A stretch of DNA of 63,989 nucleotides, the filler included, from Sluysia triapertura (Eukaryota): the NCBI GenBank assembly GCA_046118255.1. It is 5 parts of 5 records of this genome, joined end to end, with 100 filler letters (N's around TTAATTAATTAA, not from the genome) between each part and the next. Parts side by side here need not be neighbours in the genome. Positions count along the whole stretch, not along the records: positions 1 to 16,927 come from JBJNIA010195820.1; positions 17,028 to 30,108 come from JBJNIA010060982.1; 3 more parts are not named here. One strand, 5' to 3'. A model generated the notes under the pieces. The model saw only the letters and a program-made list of their open reading frames with translations. It was not told the DNA's origin and ran no database searches. A program made the translations under genes and the position numbers. This document shows positions 13,382 to 25,693 of this stretch, piece by piece; positions within the stretch are counted from its first letter, which is position 1; each line of letters starts with the position of its first letter.

Positions 13382-16027
13382 TTACCGATTATTTTTTAAT
13401 GTGGTAAAATTTTTGCTGGAACGTATTGACGATTTTGAATTGAATTTTTTAACAATGAAATTCAGTAATGACAATCGTGCACGTTTTTTGGTTTTGTAAT
13501 TATTAGAATCACAATCTAATGACTCAATTGGACTTATGATTAGGTTGCGTTTTTTGAGTGCTGGAGTGTGTGGACAATTGAATGATTGGATAGATTGGGA
13601 AACCAAAGGCGGCTTTGGTAGAGAAACTGAAGACGGCGTCGAAGGTGACGACTGATACGATCGTCTAAATTGAGGAATAAATGAAGGTGGTGGTGGTAAT
13701 TTGGATGTAGATTCAACATTATTAGACGATAGTGGTGTTTCAGATAAATACGACGTACTTCTATTACCATTAGAATTAGAAGGTGTGCTTAATGAATTTG
13801 CTGTTGGTGAACATTCATCAGATCTATTTTCATAACTTTTTCCTGAGGAAGAATAATATCCTATAGGGGTGAATGATGAGACAGTAGTGCTGTGATTATT
13901 AGGTGTTTGTATGCTGTAAAAACGTTTAGGAGCTAAAATTCTAAAAGGGTTTTCTGTAATGCTTTTACTTAAACTTTTATTGACGTCACATTGTTTAACA
14001 CAATCTATTTTAGATAACAAATTACAAATTTGAGTAGGTTCCTCATCATTACACTGCAATGCAGACGAATTATTAGAAGATTTCATAGGAAAATTAGATG
14101 ACACTCCGGGTACAAATTGTGATAGTTTTAATGGTGGTGTAAATTTTTTAGATATTTTTCGACGAGAGTTCAAAAAATTTAAATTCCGTGGCTTCCAATC
14201 TTCACTTTTTAATAAGAAACTCGGAGGTCCATCAATCCAACTAGGTTCCTCAACTTCCATTTCATAACCATCATCATTATCATTACTTTCTTCAGTTAGT
14301 TTATAAGCTTCTGGGTAGTGCTGATTTCTTACCACAATTGCGTTTTGACTGGAATTTTGTGATTTTTCCGCCACATTTAGATTATTTGCAGCATTTTCTT
14401 GAACTGATGTTTCTGAATCCATCGAAATTTCTTCATAATCGTTCTCTAATGCTATAATATCGTCTCTGGATTCAGCAAATTCACTTTCTTCTAAACCTTC
14501 GCCAATAAACCAATGAACAAATGCACGTTTGTTAAAAATTAATTCGAATTTACTTCGGTCTCGTTTCCATGCTTCACGAATACCGACATTTCCTGAAACC
14601 ATACATAGACAATGATTAGATGATGCTAATGGTAAATTTGGGACACTGACAGGAGGCATTGTATTGAGTCCTAATTTAAAACCAGTTGGACACCAATCAA
14701 CAAAAGATATTTTACGATCGCACTTAACTTTTACAACCGCATCATACACTTCACGAGGACTGATATAACCACGATATAGTAAACAACATGAAGTGTATTT
14801 ATAATTTTCAAAAGGACAGTCAAGAAAATGCGAATCTGATAAAAATACAGATCGAGTCAATTCATTAATATCCAATTTTTCATGATTTAATTGATTAGGA
14901 CTGATTATGGGAGCATAACTGAGCACGGGGAAATGAATTCTTGGATACGGTATTACATTGGTTAATAATTCATCAACATCAGTATGATGTGTACCTTCGT
15001 ATCGATATCGATGTGATAAAAACACACAGGTTATCATTTGACTAACCAAACGATTCATAAGTATGTATGTTGGTTTGGCACAACTTAATTGGTTAATTGC
15101 TTTTCGATATAATGATTCATTGTCAAACAAAATACCACAATCTATGTGCTCAATAGCAGTGTGTGTATGCAATAATGAATTATATGGATCAACTGTACTT
15201 TGAGACATAGTTGAAGATGGAAAAATGCCAACAGAAACTCGAAATTTTTTACCATAAATTTCTGATAAACTCATTAATAATAATGAAGTTAAACCAGACC
15301 CAGTACCACCAGAATATGAATGCATCAATTGAAATGCAGAGGTACTGTCGCAATTGTTAACTGTTTTTCGTATTGTGTCTAATAATGCTTGTAATTTTTC
15401 TTTACCGATTGTATAATACCCTCTAGCGAAATTATTTGCTGCATCTTCAATACTGTTTAGTAAAGTCGAAGGACTATACAAGAGTCTATATGCACCAGTG
15501 CGTATCTCATCTAAAAAATTTAAAAAATAAGTTAGTGTTTGAATTATTTAGATTTCATTTTATTTGTAAATTGGATAATTTTAACATTTTTGTGATGGTC
15601 ATTAAGATTTAAGTTTATTATATTTAATACATTATGTTAGAATTCCAATAATACCTTAGCGCTCGATTAATGTTTATGTTAGGTTTAATTTAAACAATGT
15701 GCCTAAATACCGGTACATTTTAAATCTAGTTTTCAGTAAAGCTAATGAGATTTTCGTTTGTTACTTTGCTAATTCACAATTATAATACCTACCAATTACC
15801 GTTGGTTCCAGATCAACAAAAACAGCCCTAGGAACATAGTGATCATTAGATTCATAAAATAATACGTCCACATGATCATTTAAAGATGTTGATTTATTAT
15901 CTGGACCAGAATATCGTAATTTTCCTTCGGCTGTTATACCATGTTCTACGCAATAAAGTTCCCATAAAGCACTCCCCATTTGAACTCCAGCTTGACCCAA
16001 ATGAATAGTAACGATTTCTTTAGGCAT
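13382..16027 (-). CDS. Divergent alpha-tubulin with ~350-aa C-terminal extension (787 aa, 2 exons)
   Basis: Exon 1 is 16027-15793 (MPKEIVTIHLGQAGVQMG...VPRAVFVDLEPTVI) and exon 2 is 15510-13382, separated by a phase-1 GT-AG intron. Alpha-tubulin motifs include EDAANNFARG, SGGTGSG, PYPRIHF, FVDWCPTGFK, KRAFVHWF and ENDYEE. Confidence 0.93.
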
Positions 16028-16927
16028 CGACAAACTTTAATTAGAGTATGCCTATTAAATTTTAATCTGGAATGCCCTTTTCTATTATTACTTTGCTTTT
16101 TAATAATCAATACTATTACAATTAATTAGCATTATAATTTTGTTTCTTATGAATAAATTATGAATTATTTTTTGATGCCGTTATTAAAATGTTTCACTAG
16201 GCTTCATTAAATAATACTAAAAGTGCAGAATTTAGGAAGTTATTCAGTTAAAATTGCATACCTTTTTTGTTTAAAAATAACAAATATTTATAAAAATAAC
16301 AAACATTATTATGAATAAATAATAATATTAATTATTATTTATAATTAAAAATAATACTATTTTAAATATTGTCATTAAGTTTCGCTTTACGGATAACTTT
16401 TTTAGGTTGCACAAAATTATTTGTGCTTGATTACTAGAACCTTATTATGGTTGTGGTTTTTTTAGTTGAATCTTTTAAGTAATTTAAATTAACTCTTTAA
16501 TTACTTTAAAATAATAACTTAGAAAATTAAAGTAAGATTTAACTTTCTGTATCACAATTAATACAATTTATAAATTAACCAATAAATGGTAAATTGATGG
16601 GATTATTTTGGTAAAAAGAATTATAATTATAAATAATTTTGTGATATTTTCAGCCCTGGTTAGTAACTTATTTTTTGAAAAATTATATGTTGGTAAATTT
16701 TGGGATTGTTATATAAATTTTAATTTACAAAGAGAAATAGTTATTTTGATTTTATAAAAAGTTACTTTAATTTACAAGAAATCAAAATAACTTTCTTGTA
16801 AAATATGTAAGAATGTACATGTTTTTTAAATTTTTATTTGTATGTTTTACAAATTTTTAATTTTTAAATTTATAAAAATATTATAAAATTTATTTAAAAT
16901 TATATATTATAAAAAATTACCAAATTA

Positions 16928-17027
16928 NNNNNNNNNNNNNNNNNNNNNNNNNNNNNNNNNNNNNNNNNNNNTTAATTAATTAANNNNNNNNNNNNNNNNN
17001 NNNNNNNNNNNNNNNNNNNNNNNNNNN
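16928..17027. other. Artificial contig linker (N44-TTAATTAATTAA-N44)
   Basis: Six-frame stop spacer, identical at four sites. Confidence 0.98.

Positions 17028-17095
<68 letters not shown>
17028..17095. repeat. (AAT)n microsatellite at contig start
   Basis: Direct reading. Confidence 0.95.
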
Positions 17096-17096
<1 letters not shown>

Positions 17097-20000
17097 TCAT
17101 TTATTTCATTAGATCACACTTATTATTATCATTATTATTACATTATACTTATTGCATAATTATTTTACTATTCAGCGAGAGTATTTATCGATATTCATAA
17201 AAATAAATAAAAAGCTTTCGACATTTTAATATTACTCCGAAATTGCCTTTATGTTTACGAATATTCTACATTAAACGGTTGATAATAATAATAATTATTA
17301 TTATTATTATTATTTATTTATTTAACTTTAACTTTAATTTAATTTTTAATTTAGTTTTTACATTTGATTAATATTTCGCCGATTTCCAATTATTTTTTAT
17401 TAAATTTATTTTTACATTATTTTTATTTTTTTTTGTTTTTATTTTTATAATTATTTTTTGCATTTTGTTTTTATTTTATTTCTATTTGAAATGTTTGATT
17501 AATGTTTATCTGAGTTATTTGAACTTTTTAAAAATCCAAACAAAAAACAACAAAATAAATAAACAAATGTAAAATAAAAACATAAAAAATAAATTAAAGA
17601 TATAAAATATCAAAAAAAAGTATTTGTAAAAACATATTGATTTTACAAAATTATTTTAATAGAAATTTAACGAAATTTCAAAACTGTCGAATGAAAATTT
17701 ATGTTGAAATTTAATAATGATGATCAAAATATCTTGTTTCGATTTTTTTGTTTTACAAAAACTATAATTTTATCGAATTTAATATTTTAAATACATATTT
17801 CAATACATTTGCTGTTTATTTTCTTATTTTCGTTATTTCCAAAAACAAAAACTATTATTATTACTATTATTATTAACAAAAATTATTATTATATTTTCTT
17901 AAATTTAAACTTTATTTTAATAAATGTATAATCAGCAGACACGTATTAATTAAAAATACTTACATATCAATTTTAGAAAATTATGAAGATTATTAAATAA
18001 TATTAATAATATTATTATTATAAATTAAATTATAATAGTTATAATAGTAAGAAATAATTAATTTTAAATATTATTATGCTGAAAATTTGTAATTCTGAAG
18101 TGTTCTGAACATTATATTTTAAAAATATTCCGAAAATACATGCTTACAAAATATAGGAATATTCCTATGCAATACAATCTTTAAAATATCCAATAATTTA
18201 TGGAACCATTTAATATTATAACTGAAAAGTATTTAAAAATATCGATATTGTTTGGATTTTCTATTTGAATTTATTTCAAGAAATCGAAATAATTTATTAA
18301 AAATTTTATCTATCTTCATGCATTTGCACGGTGACGGTGGACTGTAATATAAAGTTAATATTACAATAATACTATATTTATTAAAATACATATATAAATA
18401 ATTTATATATGTATATATTTGTTAATATCTATCTATGTGTGTTTATATGTTAACAATTCATATGTGTTTAGATGATCATAATACACGTAAATAGATATTG
18501 AATATCGATTATTTCTTTTTGAAAATTTATATGAAAATCTATACTAATTCGGATTTTATTTAACATTTTAAAACATTTTATTTAATTAAAAAATTATTTA
18601 AAATATAACTTTGTTTAAATCATTAAATTAAGTAAACTAACCAAGGTCAGTTTCATAATAGAATAAATAGAATAAATAATTTTCACAATTTTTAAAAGTT
18701 TATTTTCGGAAAATTCAAGGAAAATTTTTTTGAATATTTAAATTAGTCATTCGTTAGTTTATTATTAATAAGATTATTTTTATTATTATTGAGATTATTA
18801 TTAATAAGATTATTATTATTATTATTAGTTTATTATTATTAAGATTCGTACCGGCTAGGGAAAGAGTAATATTTCACTTAATTTTAATTTTTAATCAACT
18901 TTGGAACTTTTTAATATTTCTTACGTAAAATCATTATTAAAATATTTAATCGTTTAATTAACTGTTTTGAGTTAATTTTTTAACTTTATTATAGCTAATA
19001 CCTTATTGTAACCTCATTGTATTAAATATACTTTAGTGATGCAAACTTTTGTTTTTTAATAAATTTAAAATACCTGAATTTTATTGGCATCGTAAAATAT
19101 CTTATTTTTGAATCCTTTTAACGGATTCGTCGTAAAATTATCATAAACCACATAAATAATTTAGTATATCCTTTATAAGAATATTGATTTTACTACTTAA
19201 ACTTAATTGTTTCTAGTACGTTGATGAACTCACCATATTCTTTTATTCTTGCTCTTAGGAAATGAGAAAATATGATTCGCTAAATAATTTAAACCAATTA
19301 AATAGTATTTACATTAAAACATAGTTGTTTTGAAGAATAGGTAGGTCGTTTATTATTGTTATAGTTTTAATAATATAAACAACAGTAATGATTATAATAA
19401 ACATAAATAATAATGAAGCTCTTCGAATCTAATAAAACAAAACTATTGCATATTTTATTAATATTATTATAGAAATAAATACTTATGAAATTTTGAAAAG
19501 TTATTGTAATAATGATAATGAAATTAATAATCATAATGATAATTATACTCTTTATTTAATTTTTTATTTAATTTTAATATTTAACTTAATTATTTCTGAC
19601 TAAATTAATAATTTATTAATGTTAAATTATTTATATCAAATAAAGCAAAAAAAATATTTTGTAAATAAAATCATCAATTGGAAACCAAATTCAATAATAA
19701 ATAATGCACATATACATAAAATATAGTGCATAAGAATATCTAACTGATACTTTTTTTGTCAAAAATTCGACAAAAAAGAAGACGATAAAGCAGATTACGT
19801 TTTAAAATCAGATTGTACTAATTAACATATTCTAAATAAAAGTACTAAATTTTAAAAAAAATACACTAATTACAATAATGAGAGCAATTGTAGAAAATGC
19901 AATATTTATTAAATGTGAAATTTTAAATGGTACAATTAGTAAAGCACAATTTTCAAAACTTTATTTTAAATGACAAACTCTCAAAAATGGTATCATAGAA

Positions 20001-20178
20001 TATCAGATACTTAAATTAAGATATTTAGCATCATTTCACTTCAATTTCCAATTGGTTTAGTTTTCTTAAGCTACAACTTTATTTTCTTTCACAATTCGAT
20101 CTTCTGAATGATTTTTGATTTTTGATTAACGTTGTTTATTTTTATTTTTACTTTTAGTTAATGAATACCGAATATATT

Positions 20179-20337
20179 TGTTAGACTTCATAAAATGGAC
20201 TGACCGGGGATCGAACCCGGGACCTTCGATTCGCAGTGCGAATGCTCTACCACTGAGCTATCAGCCCCGTCTAACAATTTCATTTTCAATATATTCAATT
20301 ATACTACTTGGCACTTTTTAGGCCTTTTACCCCAACA
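20179..20337 (-). mobile_element. 159-bp TG...CA element (solo-LTR-like) containing a tRNA-Ala-derived gene; copy 1, intact
   Basis: On the minus strand it reads TGTTGGGGTAAAAGGCCT...ATGAAGTCTAACA, flanked by the direct repeat ATATT at 20174-20178 and 20338-20342. Homologous copies lie at 24954-25693, 30036-30108 and 45663-45836. Confidence 0.8.
20196..20267 (-). tRNA. tRNA-Ala-like (pseudo/TE-borne) gene with non-canonical anticodon arm
   Basis: 72 nt: GGGCTGA TA GCTCAGTGGTAGAGC A ... GGTC CCGGG TTCGATC CCCGG TCAGTCC A followed by TTTT. A and B boxes are intact and G3:U70 and A73 are present. The anticodon stem pairs poorly around TGC. Confidence 0.6.
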
Positions 20338-20739
20338 ATATTACTTAATAATTTAGAAATTACAATTAGAGATAAACCTAATAATTCTGGATCTCCAATT
20401 GTATCACCAACAGTTTATATATAGAGAATTAAAATATAGAAAGCTGTTAACCACATTGTCCTTTCATTGGAACATATCATAATCATACCAAAGAAGTCTT
20501 TTCCCCAATCTTTCTGAAGCCTAAGACTCTCAATAATTATCGCTCATTTTTGAATTACTCACTTCAATTTTATAATAATAACAACAAATCGAAATACTAA
20601 TTATGTTACATAAAATTAAAATGATATGTAGAAAAATCTTTAAAAACAAGATTAAGTGAGAAACTGGAATTTGTCATACTTAATAATGTCGGGATTGCCC
20701 AACTGTGGAACAAGAAATAAGTAAAAATCATATGGAATT

Positions 20740-21050
20740 ACAAAATAGAAGAAGTAATGGATAAAATATTATAAACACATTTGGAGTAAGAACAATGAAG
20801 AATTGAAAAACATCTTAAAGTTCCAAAGATCTTTATAAGGTGTTGAGATGGGTTTGGAAAACCTTGGAAAGTTGTGAACCTTGAGATCATCTAAGATCTC
20901 CTTGACCTTTAAGAACCTTGAGTAACCTTATAAAGTATTTGAAATCTTTAAAATATTTGAGAAATAAAATTATTTTTCAAGATAAATTAACATAAAGTAT
21001 AACATAATTTTAGAACCTTAATAAAACCTACAAGCATAATAGATTAATTA
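20740..21050 (+). repeat. Dispersed repeat; an inverted, diverged copy lies at ~28610-28990
   Basis: GTTGAGATGGGTTTGGAAAACC and CTTTAAAATATTTGAGAAATAAAAT recur as reverse complements near 28893-28914 and 28802-28827. Confidence 0.6.
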
Positions 21051-21053
21051 AAA

Positions 21054-21596
21054 CCCTTTAGTCGCCGCTGGGATCAATTGGTCCCACTCATACTCTTGCA
21101 AGTTTCTCAGGCTTAAGCGGGTCATGTTACATATTGTTTTAGAGGATTAAATAAGGACAATGTTTTGCATAATCGTTTCTACTCTTAGAGTATGTGCACA
21201 AAGTTATTTCAATAATATACGACCATTTGGTGAGAATAATATTTGAATCAAATAAAATAAGTGAACATATTATAAAGTCTAAAGTTATTATTACTTTTGT
21301 TAGAAGATGACAAATTGCTTTGGAATATTCCACATTATATTACACTTTGATATAGAATACTAAATTTACCAATTTTTTCACATTTTATGCTATTTTATTG
21401 AAAATTCATGAAAAATTACACATTTTTATTAATTTTGAAATTAACACTAACGCATGTGGCACTAGCTTTTTAATGGCTTTTCTCACATATATTTTATATA
21501 ATCTCTCAAATAAATTTATGTTCGCAAAAAGAAAAAGTACATTTTTGTGAATAACGTTTGATTGCTGATTTGTTTTAAAAAGACCTTTAAAAAGGG
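21054..21596. mobile_element. Degraded piggyBac-like non-autonomous element
   Basis: CCCTTTA...TAAAAAGGG termini in decayed TTAA-like contexts, with a GC-rich subterminal region. Confidence 0.4.
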
Positions 21597-23099
21597 TTCA
21601 AGTATGGAAAGCCTTAATATTAAGCAAATTCAAATTTTAATTAATTTTTAATTATGGAATGTTGAATTTTTTATACTTAGAATTATGAATTGAATATAAG
21701 ATGATTGATTTAGAAGTGATTTATTTGAGAATAAGAACCTTAAATGTATTTCATTAGAAAAATTGTTGTGAAAACCTAGAAATCAACTAAATTCTAAAAA
21801 CTAAAATTAAATTCAGTACTTTCTGTATATAAATAATATTGATTATTATTGTTACTTTAATGTGAGATGCAATTTAAGTAATGATAGATCGAGTAAATAA
21901 AAGAAAATAATGGTTACTCATTAATCAAATTTTTTTGTTATGTACCCTAATAAAGTTTGAGAGACCGTGTTATGTAAATGTCACAATTTTTATTGACAGT
22001 TTCATGTTTATTTGTAATCACTGGATAGCAAATAATTATAAAACGAAGTACTTGGAAATTTTACAACACAATCACAATTAATTATTCAAAAGAGGTCCTC
22101 CAAAAGTCCCTGAATTAAGTAAAACATTAATTTATTATACACATTTATTTTAATTTTATTATTTTATTGTTAATTTATTGGGAATCCCCATTTTTATTTA
22201 ATTGTTTATTAATAGTAATTTTAGTAATAAGTTTTATATAGTTTTTCAGGAATTACCCTATCATTTTTATTTATAATTTTGAAGATACTTTTAGGAACTC
22301 CATTTATTAATTTAATTTAAATATTTTGAATACATTTCTTTGGGGATTTCCCTTGTTATTTTAGAGTATAATTTAGCTTTGAGAAATATAGAAAACTTTT
22401 ATCAATTCATAGTTTTGTTAGTTGTGTCAACCCTCGTTCTAAAAGATTATCATAAAATTGCTGTTAATTGCAAGATTAGTCATATTTATTTAGTCATATT
22501 TATAATTATAACAGTTGTCTTTTTTATCTTACAAAATTTTAAATTTAATATTGGAGAGAGACAGATTAGGTAGTATTAAGAAATCACTAAAGAAGTAATA
22601 ATATGATTTGTATTGTCGATAAAGAAAAAAACCCATTGTGATAACTTGTATTTGATTTTGCAATTATTAAATTTAGTGAGACTTTAAGTTAAATTAATTT
22701 TGTTATTTAGTTATTGTTATTAATATATACGGAGAGAGAGAAAACTGGTTATACAATCATAGTATAAGATCAAATATATGTAAATTATTATAGAACTAAA
22801 TTTATTAGATAGTATAATGTTAAATTCAAAGGAATTTGATTATAGTGAAGATGCTATATATTGAAATTAAATAATTATTGACTATAAGTTACTGAGAACA
22901 AATTACTATATGTAAGAAGCAGAATTATTATTATTATTAAAATTATTAAGTCGGATTAACTTATATCACTGCATCTCACTTTGTAAATATACTATCAAGA
23001 TATTATTAGTAAAATATTGTGCAACCATCTAAAATATTTCAAATTATTAATAAATAATTAACATTTCCGTACAGAGGTTTGTCTATATACAATCTATAT

Positions 23100-23330
23100 C
23101 ACGGTTTCTCAACCGTTGGGTCGCGTTAAATATTTTATGGGTCGTGGACTCGCGGCTTAGTATAAATAATATAATATATTATAATACAAATATAAAAAAT
23201 TAATTTATATAATCAAAACGCTAATTAGCGCCAATAGTACACGTCTTTTTTATTTCTTAGCATTCCTTTGTGTAATAACAAATTGGGTCGCAAAACAATC
23301 TGAAAAAATTTTACTGTGTCGCAGGTAACA
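23100..23330. mobile_element. hAT(Charlie)-like MITE remnant
   Basis: Terminus CACGGTTTCTCAACCGTTGGGTCGCG and repeated GGGTCG subterminal motifs. Confidence 0.55.
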
Positions 23331-24953
23331 TGTGTTTGTGTAACGTGGCATCAATTTAGATTCGAATTCTATAAATGATTTTATGAAAACATATATCCAT
23401 CTCCAAATTGGCTTAAATTTATTTCATTAAACGAAGTGGTAGTCACATCAACTATAAAATATGTAGTTTTTCAAGGTTAAAAACCGTTTTTTGTATCGAT
23501 TTTGATTTCAGAACAAAGAATTTAAATATTACCAAAACGATGATTGAATAAAGAAGCGGGAAAATATTAATTACTATTTTAAATACAAAATCAAATGTCA
23601 CTTAATTTTACTTACCGAAAAAACCGTTATTTTTTTTAACTGAAATTTTTGACTAACAAGGCAGCTATAGCAGTCACCTTAAAATCGAATATTTGTGCCG
23701 ATTTAAGCAAGACAATCTCATATTATTTAAATAATTTAGTAAATTTTGAATTAACCCTTTATTTTAATTAAAGATCTTCTTTATAACTATTGAGATTTAT
23801 TTCAATAATTAACTATATCTGAGATGTTTAGAATTGCGAATAAAATTTAAATAAAATTTAATAATTTAAAAATATATAAAAATATTTGATTAATACGTAG
23901 CCGAAGCTACACATTATAAATTAAAAATTAAAAGCAGTGAAACTTAAACATATTAACTAAATTATGAATGTTCAATTCGAGATACTTTTATCAAATTTAT
24001 ACTAATAATTATGGTTTATTCTTATTTGGTTATATGTTTTAATAAAAGATTTAGCATTTGTTTGTCATATTTCGAGTTAACTTTTCACAATTTTGTAAAA
24101 GCAAATAAATTAGAATCAATAAATTTTCTAAAAGTGTATTGTATCATTTTTTTACACTTACAATTTATTGCCCAGAAATTCTTCAGATCTTTTTGGCCTC
24201 TTATTCTAAAGACACTTTTTGTTTTTGATTATATTTTTAAATACCACCTTTCTTAGTATTACTTATTTTATGTATAACTCATATATCATCGATATCTTTA
24301 ACTAATTTGCATTGTGTTTAAAATCAAACTTATTCCGATAGTTAATGCCAAATATTTTCAGTCAATTTTAAATTAGAATTTTTTAAAATTTAAACAAATC
24401 AAACAAATTGTTTTACTATTAAAAATTAACAATTCACTTATAACTTTTGTTGTAATAGGTAAATATACTAGTATTATTTGTTTATGTAGAATTTCGGAAC
24501 CACTTAGAGCAGTAAATGAAGAAAAACTGTATAAGCTTTTACACCTCAATATTAATAGTATTTATAATGATGATATCAATAATTATTTAACCTTTTTTAT
24601 GGTAGTTTTTAAAGATAGGAATTTTTCAGATTAAAGATAATGGCATGAGCTTTCATTTGATACCAAAACCTGTTAGAATGAAAACTTTTTTGCACGAAAT
24701 AAGGATAAACAATTAGAAAATCAGTCAAATGGTATTAAAAAAACTTGCTACATTATTTTTGATCTTTCTCTCTTTACCTTTGCAAGATACTGTAAGATTC
24801 GGTAAATATTTCACTTATGGATTTCAGAAAAGAACTAATTAGAAAAGTTATCGAAAAGTTTGTCAGGCAAAGAGAAATATTGAGAGGAAGGCCATCATCT
24901 GAGTGGTAGACATTTTCTATCATTCATTCCGGTATTTGGCCCGAAATGGTTAA

Positions 24954-25693
24954 TGTTGGGGTAAAAAGGCCTAAAGTGACATTTGGTAAAATTGACTATA
25001 ATAAAATAAAATCGTTAGACGATGTTTATAAATTATTGTAATTATTTATTAAATTATTATAATTATTATATAATAATTATTTATTAAATTATTATATTAA
25101 ATTATTATAATTATTATATAATAATTATTTATTAAATTATTATATGAAATGCAAGCTAGGCCCTTAGGAATCCATAATTATAACAGTTGTTTAACCTGTA
25201 ATATTCGTAAAAGAAAAATGATGATGAAATTCCTAGAAAAATGTTCGTGATGAATTAAACCACATCAAATTTAAATCATCTCATGAAGCAAATGTAAATA
25301 AAATAGTTAATAATTTTAGTTAATAATTTTATTGAAGAAGTATTAGATCATGACATCGATCCTTCAGTGCCTGTTGCTACTTCATATGAAGTTGATGAAA
25401 GTCCATGTCAAAGAGTCACATTATCAGATGAAACGAGAATTCCTTATTCATATATCTTTAATAAGACACAATATACATGCAACAAACTTGTGCCTTATAT
25501 TCCAAATTTTATCAGAATAAAAGAATTAAAAAATGAAGAAAATGAGATGGAAGTAGAAAATTAGGTGTATATAATTTTGATTAATTTAACATGATTTATT
25601 GTATTGCTATTAGAAAATCAATTTGATCATCGAAATGAGCAGCGAGAGGTCCCGGGTTCGATCCCCGGGCAGTCCATTTTATGAAGTCTAACA
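24954..25693 (+). mobile_element. tRNA-bearing TG...CA element, copy 2, interrupted by ~600 bp of unrelated sequence
   Basis: 5' half TGTTGGGGTAAAAAGGCCTAAAGTG...CGTTAGACG at 24954-25021. 3' half GAGGTCCCGGGTTCGATCCCCGGGCAGTCCATTTTATGAAGTCTAACA ends at 25693. TTAA lies on both flanks. Confidence 0.7.

Noticed and set aside
16028-16033. TTG start for the tubulin, as in the ORF track
   Set aside because: This is a eukaryotic gene, and the ATG at 16027 aligns with the tubulin N-terminus
16972-16983. TTAATTAATTAA palindrome repeated four times between N runs as a biological motif or CRISPR-like repeat
   Set aside because: The identical N44-12-N44 layout and stops in all six frames mark a synthetic assembly linker
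20196-20267. Bona fide decoding tRNA-Ala(TGC) gene cluster
   Set aside because: The anticodon stem does not pair canonically, it differs between copies, and shared flanks show it is part of a repeat
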